DNA of 41,254 nt from an uncultured bacterium (GTDB lineage Bacteria > Actinomycetota > Humimicrobiia > Humimicrobiales > Humimicrobiaceae), in the NCBI GenBank assembly GCA_965549355.1, contig CBEVGD010000002.1, positions 1-41,254 on the forward strand. Reading direction: 5' to 3'. Within the stretch, counting starts at the first letter, position 1. The number at the start of each line of letters is the position of its first letter. Position numbers and translations under genes: made by a program. The notes beneath the pieces were generated by a model that did no database searches, had not been told where the DNA came from, and saw nothing but the letters and a program-made list of their open reading frames with translations. Shown here piece after piece: positions 34,964 through 41,254 of the stretch.

Positions 34964-35422
34964 ATGAATACATTAGAGATCATAGACCGAGTAGAAGAAT
35001 TACTTGACGGCGGCAAGAGAATACCGTTCTCAGCAAATATCATGATAAATGGCGATGAAGTATATGACCTTATCGAAGAGCTTCGGAATGTAATGCCGGA
35101 AGAATTCAAGCAATCCCGATGGATAGTCAGGGAAAGGGAAAACATGATAGAGGATGCCAGAAAGCAGGCCGAGAAGATCGTAAAAAATGCTGAAGGAAAG
35201 GCCGAGGCACTGGTTGATGAGACAGAGATCATGAAGAGGGCCACAAGAAAATCCGAAGAGATAATGTCCAGCATTGAAGCGCGTGCCAGGACAATCCGCC
35301 TTGAAGCAGAAGATTATGCTGATGAAAAACTGGCAAATCTGGAAGCTGTGCTCCATAAGCTGTTAAATTCTATTGAAAAGGGGAGAGGACAATTTAAGAA
35401 TACTCTTTCCTCCAGTAAATAA
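34964..35422 (+). CDS. Conserved coiled-coil protein of unknown function (ATP-synthase-b / V-ATPase-G-like heptad region)
   Basis: LEIIDRVEELLDGGKRIPFS...VYDLIEELRNVMPEEFKQSRWIV, followed by a long charged helix (EDARKQAEKIVKNAEGKAEALV...). I recognise the pattern from Gram-positive genomes but cannot assign a function. Confidence 0.5.
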   Translation: MNTLEIIDRVEELLDGGKRIPFSANIMINGDEVYDLIEELRNVMPEEFKQSRWIVRERENMIEDARKQAEKIVKNAEGKAEALVDETEIMKRATRKSEEIMSSIEARARTIRLEAEDYADEKLANLEAVLHKLLNSIEKGRGQFKNTLSSSK

Positions 35423-35545
35423 AACAATCTGCAGCAGATAAATGTGCAAGAAATTCCGGTTTTAATATTGCTATATTTATGATATATTATTTAATTTGTC
35501 AGGCTTATAACAAGTTTGTAACAAAATATAGAGAGGAAGAAGTAA

Positions 35546-35794
35546 GTGGCTGTTCCAAAGAGAAAAATATCCAGAACAAATAGAGATAAAAGACGTACCC
35601 ATGACGGCATAAAGTTATTAAATATAACAGAATGCCCGCGATGCCATAGCAAGAAGATAGCGCATCATGTCTGCATAGCGTGCGGGTATTACAAAAATAC
35701 CGAGATCATACCGCAGGAAAAAGATAAAAAGGCAAAGGAAAAAGCTCCCCAGCCTGAAAACAAGGGGAAAGAACCTGCGGAAGTAAAAAAATAA
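35546..35794 (+). CDS. rpmF: 50S ribosomal protein L32 (zinc-ribbon form) with a Lys/Glu-rich C-terminal extension
   Basis: GTG start, AVPKRKISRTNRDKRRTH, CPRC...CIACG. The ~25-aa tail QEKDKKAKEKAPQPENKGKEPAEVKK extends beyond the usual ~57-60 aa. Confidence 0.87.
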   Translation: MAVPKRKISRTNRDKRRTHDGIKLLNITECPRCHSKKIAHHVCIACGYYKNTEIIPQEKDKKAKEKAPQPENKGKEPAEVKK

Positions 35795-35826
35795 AGATCA
35801 CATTCAAGCAACCGGAGGGTTAGATT

Positions 35827-37929
35827 TTGAGTTTTAAGGATTTTTTTTGTCCGGCTTCTGTGGCAGTTATAGGAGCCGCGAGAGAAGAAGGAAAAGTCGG
35901 GCGCATTATTTTTGATAATATTATTGATTCCGGATTCAAAGGAAATGTTTTTCCTATAAATCCAAAAGCCAAAGATATAAACGGGCATAAGTGCTATTCT
36001 TCAATAATAGACGTTCCGCAGGATGTCCAGCTTGCAGTCATAGTGATCCCTGCACAATATATTTCAAAAACGCTGGAAGAGTGTTCTGAAAAAGGAATCA
36101 AAAATGCAATCATTATATCAGCCGGCTTCAAGGAGACAGGAATAAAAGGAGCCAAAAGGGAAAGAAGGCTCATAGAAAAAGCCAGGGATTACGGTATAAG
36201 GATACTGGGACCTAATTGCCTGGGAATGATTGATTCCCAGTGTCCGATAAATGCATCATCCTCTGCAAATATGCCCTCAAAGGGAAAGATAGGCTTTATA
36301 TCTCAATCGGGCGCGCTTCTGACATCTGTGCTTGACTGGGCGAAAGCATCCAAAATAGGTTTTTCAAAAGTAGTATCCCTTGGAAACAAAGCAGATATAT
36401 CAGAAAATAGTCTTTTTGAAGCATGGGGGGCCGATCCAAATACTGATGTGATTACGGCATACATAGAAGGTGTTGCCAATGGCAGGGATTTTATAAGGAT
36501 ATCCTCCAAGGTATCCAAAAAGAAACCTATAATAATCATCAAATCAGGAAATACCGATGCAGGAGCCAGAGCTGTATCATCCCATACAGGCACGCTTGCC
36601 GGATCAAGCAAAGCATATGATGCAGCATTCAAACAGTCCGGGATCATCAGGGCTGATACGATAAAGGAACTTTTTAATTATGGCAGGGCATTTTCATATC
36701 AGCCATTGCCCGAAGGGAAAAGAGTCGCAATAATCACAAATGCCGGCGGTCCGGGCATAATGGCCACTGATGCATGCGAGATGAACGGCATACAACTGTC
36801 AAGTTTTCACACTGAGACGATTGAAAAACTAAAAGATTTTCTGCCCGATGCCGCTAATCTATATAATCCGGTAGATGTACTTGGAGATGCTCTTTCAGAC
36901 AGGTACAAAAAGACGCTTGAGATAGTGATAGAAGACAACAATGTGGATGCAGTTCTGGTTCTTTTAACACCGCAGGCAATGACAGAAGGTCTTGAGACAG
37001 CAAAGGCGATTGCCGGGGTGATGGAAAAAACCAATCGTAAAATACCTATAATGACAAGTTTTATGGGGGGCGATGAAGTCAAAAGCGGCATTAATAAGCT
37101 TATAAAGAAAAAGATACCCAATTTTGATATTCCTGAAGATGCAGTCGGGGCCCTGAAAGTGATGATGGACCAGAGTGATTGGATCAGGGAGAAGCCTCAT
37201 CCCATAGTAGAGTATAATGTGGATGAAGAGAGGGTAAAAGAAGTATTTGACAGGTGTAAAGCTGAAGACAGGCTGGAGCTTGGAGAACTGGAAGCCAGAA
37301 AGATACTTGAGGCTTATGGGATAGCGATCCCCAAAGCAGAAGTGGCGCGCGATATAGAAGAAGCCAAAAAGATAGCGAAAGATATTGGATATCCCGTGGT
37401 CCTCAAAATAGTATCGCCGAATATTTTGCATAAAACCGATGTCGGTGGTATAAAAGTAGGCATAGAAGATGATAAAGAACTTGAAGAAAACTATGATGAT
37501 ATACTCTTCAATGTAAAAAAATACATGCCAGGCGCCAATATTTCAGGTATACTGGTACAGGAGATGGTCATGGATAAAAAAGAGACCATCATAGGAATAA
37601 GCGAAGATCCTCAGTTCGGGCCGATGATAATGTTCGGACTTGGCGGCATATATGTAGAGATCCTGAAGGATGTAGCATTCAGGATCGCGCCAATAAGTGA
37701 TAAGATCGCAAAGGAAATGATATCGGAGATCAAGACCATAAAGCTGCTGAAGGGAACCAGAGGAGAGAAACCTTCAGATATTGAAAGTATTGTGGATGTC
37801 CTTCTCAGGATGTCTCAGCTGGTAACTGATTTTCCGGAAATAATGGAAATGGATATAAATCCCCTGTTTGTTAAAAAGCGGGGAGAAGGTTCAATTGCTG
37901 GAGATGCAAGAATAAGAATAGGAGGTTAG
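35827..37929 (+). CDS. ADP-forming acetyl-CoA synthetase (fused alpha-beta acetate--CoA ligase family)
   Basis: CoA-binding N-terminus (SVAVIGAAREEGKVG), succinyl-CoA-ligase-like middle (ISQSGAL, SSHTGTLAGS) and a C-terminal ATP-grasp (YPVVLKIVSPNILHKTDVGGI). TTG start 7 nt after GGAGGG. Confidence 0.85.
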   Translation: MSFKDFFCPASVAVIGAAREEGKVGRIIFDNIIDSGFKGNVFPINPKAKDINGHKCYSSIIDVPQDVQLAVIVIPAQYISKTLEECSEKGIKNAIIISAGFKETGIKGAKRERRLIEKARDYGIRILGPNCLGMIDSQCPINASSSANMPSKGKIGFISQSGALLTSVLDWAKASKIGFSKVVSLGNKADISENSLFEAWGADPNTDVITAYIEGVANGRDFIRISSKVSKKKPIIIIKSGNTDAGARAVSSHTGTLAGSSKAYDAAFKQSGIIRADTIKELFNYGRAFSYQPLPEGKRVAIITNAGGPGIMATDACEMNGIQLSSFHTETIEKLKDFLPDAANLYNPVDVLGDALSDRYKKTLEIVIEDNNVDAVLVLLTPQAMTEGLETAKAIAGVMEKTNRKIPIMTSFMGGDEVKSGINKLIKKKIPNFDIPEDAVGALKVMMDQSDWIREKPHPIVEYNVDEERVKEVFDRCKAEDRLELGELEARKILEAYGIAIPKAEVARDIEEAKKIAKDIGYPVVLKIVSPNILHKTDVGGIKVGIEDDKELEENYDDILFNVKKYMPGANISGILVQEMVMDKKETIIGISEDPQFGPMIMFGLGGIYVEILKDVAFRIAPISDKIAKEMISEIKTIKLLKGTRGEKPSDIESIVDVLLRMSQLVTDFPEIMEMDINPLFVKKRGEGSIAGDARIRIGG

Positions 37930-37931
37930 AA

Positions 37932-38996
37932 ATGGTCCCGTTATACTTTATATCAAATCAACCGTTTTCAGGGAAAAGCTCTATGTGTGTCGGTACGGGC
38001 AAGATATTTTTAGAGAAAGGCCTAAAAGTCGGATATATGAAACCTGTAGGGACACTTCCTACAAAGGTGGGAGGCGTCACAACCGATGAGGATGCCCAAT
38101 ATATATATAATACTTTTGAAACAGAAGACAGGCTTGAGGATATATGCCCCATCGTGATAACGCAGCAATACAATAGAGAGGGCCTCAAGGATGATAATTT
38201 TGCAAAAGACTTTATCGGGCAGATAGAAAAATCCTATAATAATATACAGAAAGGAAAAGATGTCGTCATACTTGAAGGCGCGAAAAGCATCGAGGACGGT
38301 TATTTTCTGGGGATATCTGCATTAAAGATCTGCGAGAGGCTAAAGGCGAAGACAGTAATGGTGTTCAGGTATGATACAGAGATGGTAGACGAGATCCTTC
38401 ATTCAAAGGATGTGCTCGGCAAGCATTTCGGGGGAATAATAATAAACTGGGTGCCGAGAAGCCAGGTGGGATACCTGGAAGAGCTGGTATTGCCTTATTT
38501 AGAGAAAAAGGGCATTGATGTTTATGGATATGTAATATCGGACAAAATACTCTCTTCTGTCAGCGTCAGGGAGATGGCTGACCTTCTCGGGGGACAAATA
38601 ATCTGTGCGGAAGATAAGGCGGAGGAGCTTGTAGAGACTTTTATGGTAGGAGCCATGGGGCAGGAACAGGCCCTGAAGTTTTTCAGGAGAAAGGCGAATA
38701 AAGCTGTGATAACGGGAGGCGATAGGGCAGACGTCCAGCTCGCCGCATTGGAAACACAAACCAGGTGTCTCATACTGACAGGTAATTTTCAGCCGTCATC
38801 AGTGGTGCTGGGAAGGGCCGAAGAGCTCGGGGTGCCTATGATACTTGTAAACTATGATACGCTTACAGCTGTTGAAAGAGCCGGAGAGATCATAGGACAT
38901 GTAAGGTTTCATGAAGTAAAAAAGATAGATAAAATAGTGGAAGTCGTCCGGGAATATATAGATACCGGAAAAATCCTGGAACTGTCCAAAAAATAG
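37932..38996 (+). CDS. Stand-alone phosphotransacetylase N-terminal-type protein (BioD-like P-loop plus DRTGG domain, no PTA catalytic domain)
   Basis: FSGKSSMCVGTGKIFLEKGLKVGYMKPVG (BioD-like) and AVITGGDRADVQLAALETQTRCLILTGNFQP (DRTGG). The ATG lies 2 nt after the acs stop, with GGAGG inside the acs 3' end. Confidence 0.75.
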   Translation: MVPLYFISNQPFSGKSSMCVGTGKIFLEKGLKVGYMKPVGTLPTKVGGVTTDEDAQYIYNTFETEDRLEDICPIVITQQYNREGLKDDNFAKDFIGQIEKSYNNIQKGKDVVILEGAKSIEDGYFLGISALKICERLKAKTVMVFRYDTEMVDEILHSKDVLGKHFGGIIINWVPRSQVGYLEELVLPYLEKKGIDVYGYVISDKILSSVSVREMADLLGGQIICAEDKAEELVETFMVGAMGQEQALKFFRRKANKAVITGGDRADVQLAALETQTRCLILTGNFQPSSVVLGRAEELGVPMILVNYDTLTAVERAGEIIGHVRFHEVKKIDKIVEVVREYIDTGKILELSKK

Positions 38997-39015
38997 ACAC
39001 TGCTTCCAAGATTCA

Positions 39016-39034
39016 GTTCCTGGACAGGCTCCTG
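39016..39034 (+). repeat. Copy 3 of the 19-nt motif (two substitutions), abutting the plsX SD
   Basis: GTTCCTGGACAGGCTCCTG differs from copies 1 and 2 only by C>T at the equivalent position of each TCC[C/T]G unit. GGGGG (39034-39038) and GTG 39044 of plsX follow directly. Confidence 0.55.
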
Positions 39035-39043
39035 GGGGTTTAA

Positions 39044-40063
39044 GTGGAAAATAATTCTAAAAAATACTCTATAGTCGTAGATGCCATGGGAGGAGATCTT
39101 GCTCCCGGCGAGATCATAAAAGGGGCCCTTCTGGCACAGGAAAAGTCAGGAGTAAAAACAGTACTGGTAGGAAACCGGGGAAAAATAACTGCATCTGCAT
39201 CAGAAAACAATCTTGACATCTCAGGTCTTGAGATAATAAACAGCCGCAGTGAAGTGTCTATGGATGAATCTCCCTCTGATGTCATCAGGAATAAAAAAGA
39301 TTCTTCGCTATATATAGGTTCCAGGCTCGTACATGAAGGAAAAGGCGGCGCACTGCTTTCAGCAGGCAATACGGGAGCCGCCATGGCATGTTCGCTTTTC
39401 AATATCAAAAGAATAAAGGGAGTGCTCAGGCCCGCAATTGCAATCGTCATCCCGCTTGCCGGCTCAAAGTGTGTGCTGATAGACGGCGGAGCCAATGCAG
39501 ACTGCAAACCGCAATATCTGGCTCAATTTGCCATTATGGGTAAAGTATATGCAGAAAATATACTCGGGATCAGGGATCCCGGCATAGGACTGGTAAATAT
39601 CGGCGGGGAGGAAAAAAAGGGAAACGAGCTGGCAATCGAGAGCCACCGGCTCATAAAAGACATAAAGGGCCTTAATTTTAAAGGAAATATTGAGGGCCGT
39701 GAAATATTTGAGGGCCATGCAGACATAGTGGTAACCGATGGTTTCACGGGCAATGTAATACTGAAAGTGTTTGAGGGGCTGGCAAAGATGTTTTTTGGAG
39801 AGGTTCGGGAGGCTCTGACTTCATCTATTGCTTCAAAGATAGCGGCACTTGTCTTAAAAAAGCCGCTTACTGCGATGAAGAATAAATTTGATTATGAGAC
39901 CTATGGCGGCGCACAGCTTCTGGGCCTGAATGCTCCGGTTGTAATATCCCATGGCAGTTCAAGGGCCAGAGCGATAAAAAATGCGGTATGTGTGGCACAG
40001 GAAAGTCTCAAGGCCGATCTGGTGGATAAGATAGAAAAAGAGATAAAAACTGCAATCAATTAA
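39044..40063 (+). CDS. plsX: Phosphate acyltransferase PlsX
   Basis: Motifs VVDAMGGDLAPGEIIKGA, SAGNTGA, DGGAN and DGFTGNV. Confidence 0.92.
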   Translation: MENNSKKYSIVVDAMGGDLAPGEIIKGALLAQEKSGVKTVLVGNRGKITASASENNLDISGLEIINSRSEVSMDESPSDVIRNKKDSSLYIGSRLVHEGKGGALLSAGNTGAAMACSLFNIKRIKGVLRPAIAIVIPLAGSKCVLIDGGANADCKPQYLAQFAIMGKVYAENILGIRDPGIGLVNIGGEEKKGNELAIESHRLIKDIKGLNFKGNIEGREIFEGHADIVVTDGFTGNVILKVFEGLAKMFFGEVREALTSSIASKIAALVLKKPLTAMKNKFDYETYGGAQLLGLNAPVVISHGSSRARAIKNAVCVAQESLKADLVDKIEKEIKTAIN

Positions 40064-40153
40064 AACTTTTATCAAAAAATATTGTCAAAATTGATGAAAT
40101 TATTTTTATATTAACTATAATAGTAGAAAACCAAAAAGCTAAAGGAGCAAAAT

Positions 40154-40387
40154 ATGGAAAATTTCGACAAACTCAAGGATGTACTGGTAGATGTTCTCGG
40201 AGTGAATGAAGATGACGTGAAGCCCGAAAGTAAATTTGTTGACGATCTTGGCGCTGATTCTCTTGACCTTGTAGAGCTTATAATGGCTTTTGAGGATAAA
40301 TTTGAAATAGAGATAAGCGATGAAGAAGCAGAAAAGATGGCAACAGTAAAGGATGTCCTTGATTATATAAGCGCAAAAGGTAAATAG
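40154..40387 (+). CDS. acpP: Acyl carrier protein
   Basis: [17 protein letters not shown] with the phosphopantetheine Ser. 77 aa. The SD AAAGGAG is present. Confidence 0.93.
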   Translation: MENFDKLKDVLVDVLGVNEDDVKPESKFVDDLGADSLDLVELIMAFEDKFEIEISDEEAEKMATVKDVLDYISAKGK

Positions 40388-40507
40388 AACTTATCCATTC
40401 TGATAAACCGGATGCTGTATGGTATGCGGTTAAATATTTTTAATATATTAATTTTTCTTAATTCATGCGAGGAAAAACAGCGGTCAAGAGGCGGCGGAAA
40501 ATAGTAG

Positions 40508-41224
40508 ATGGACAATGAAGGAGTTTTGAGAAAAAGGGTCAGGGGCTGGCTTGAAAGTCTTGACATAGAACCAGAGGACCTGAGAGTATACATACAGGCC
40601 CTTACACACAGGTCCTTTGCCCGCCAGATGAATGTACATTCAAGAGGAAATGAACAGCTTGAATTTCTTGGGGACAGCGTGCTGTCATTTGTGATAACTT
40701 CATACCTTTTCAATAATTACAGCCATTTTCCAGAGGGCAGGCTTGCCAAATTGCGAGCCATCCTTGTAAATAAGAAGACCCTTTCAAAGATAGCTGTCAA
40801 AATAAAGATCGACGAGCAGGTGCTCTTAAGCGAAAATGAAGAATCATGCAGGGGACGCGAAAAGGATTCAATACTTGCAGATGCTGTGGAAGCTTTGATC
40901 GGGGCCATCTATATTGATGCGGGTACGGAGTTTGTCAGCCGCTGGGTACTGCAGAGATATGAGGAGCGTATCAAAAATATGATAGATGCTCCGCAGATAT
41001 CTGATTTTAAGACCTATCTGCAGGAGGCTGCTCAGGCGGATTATTCAAAGCTTGTAAAATATAAGCTCACGAAGGCTGACGGTCCCGACCATAATAAAGT
41101 ATTCTATTCAGAGGCCATGCTTGAAAACAGGAGAATAGGCAGGGGAAGGGGCAGCAGCAAGAAGGAATCCGAGCAGGATGCAGCCAAAGACTCTTTAATA
41201 TCATTATATAATTTAGAGCTATAA
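40508..41224 (+). CDS. rnc: Ribonuclease III
   Basis: ALTHRSF, signature NEQLEFLGDSVL, ADAVEALIGAIYID, and a C-terminal dsRBD (DFKTYLQE...GSSKKESEQDAAKDSL). Confidence 0.92.
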   Translation: MDNEGVLRKRVRGWLESLDIEPEDLRVYIQALTHRSFARQMNVHSRGNEQLEFLGDSVLSFVITSYLFNNYSHFPEGRLAKLRAILVNKKTLSKIAVKIKIDEQVLLSENEESCRGREKDSILADAVEALIGAIYIDAGTEFVSRWVLQRYEERIKNMIDAPQISDFKTYLQEAAQADYSKLVKYKLTKADGPDHNKVFYSEAMLENRRIGRGRGSSKKESEQDAAKDSLISLYNLEL

Positions 41225-41254
41225 TAGTATCAGCTTTACGGAGAGGTAGAATTG

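Noticed and set aside
40406-40431. Imperfect hairpin AACCGGATGC...GTATGCGGTT after acpP
   Set aside because: The stem contains a mismatch and a G-U pair, and it is followed by AAATATTTTT rather than a clean U-tract. It may be a weak terminator, but this is not supportable from sequence alone.
1-41254. CRISPR arrays, tRNA/rRNA genes, IS elements, integrases and prophage genes
   Set aside because: I saw no regularly spaced direct repeats, no tRNA T-arm-like GGTTCGAATCC-type segments in a cloverleaf context, and no transposase or recombinase motifs in any ORF.

Overview
This is a 41.3-kb AT-rich bacterial fragment. Its size and the GAATTC at nt 1 fit a fosmid-type clone. Coding is almost entirely on the + strand. 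I recognised no rRNA, tRNA, CRISPR array, transposase or integrase.

Left ~11 kb (accessory-looking):
- An OmpR-type response regulator and histidine kinase, followed by a HlyD-adaptor/MacB-type ABC efflux operon. Both are preceded by the same 11-nt-periodic direct repeat.
- A decayed patch of three 5'-truncated gene remnants (PIN, prenyltransferase-like, XRE-HTH), plus a 23-codon ORF with a strong SD.
- A tight cluster: TM/coiled-coil protein, SigI-like sigma factor, RsgI-like anti-sigma factor with an unassignable ectodomain, and two tandem lipoprotein serpins with divergent reactive-centre loops. This is my best candidate for an undescribed system, a sigma/anti-sigma circuit wired to protease inhibitors.

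Right ~30 kb (housekeeping):
- A glycine-rich RRM RNA-binding protein.
- A PyrR attenuator followed by pyrR-pyrB-pyrC-carA-carB-pyrK-pyrD-pyrF-pyrE.
- mihF-gmk-rpoZ-coaBC-metK-priA-def-fmt-rsmB.
- rpmB (- strand), a DAK2 protein, rsmD, coaD, a coiled-coil protein and rpmF.
- An ADP-forming acetyl-CoA synthetase plus a stand-alone Pta-N-terminal (DRTGG) protein, then plsX, acpP and rnc.
- The gene order and mIHF are Actinobacteria-like despite the AT-richness.

Sequence-level oddities:
- An in-frame TGA in carB, with homology continuing 49 codons to a TAATG junction with pyrK.
- An rsmD whose conserved N-terminus can only start at an ATC codon.
- A 19-nt motif present three times in intergenic DNA.
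- Two apparently leaderless gene starts.
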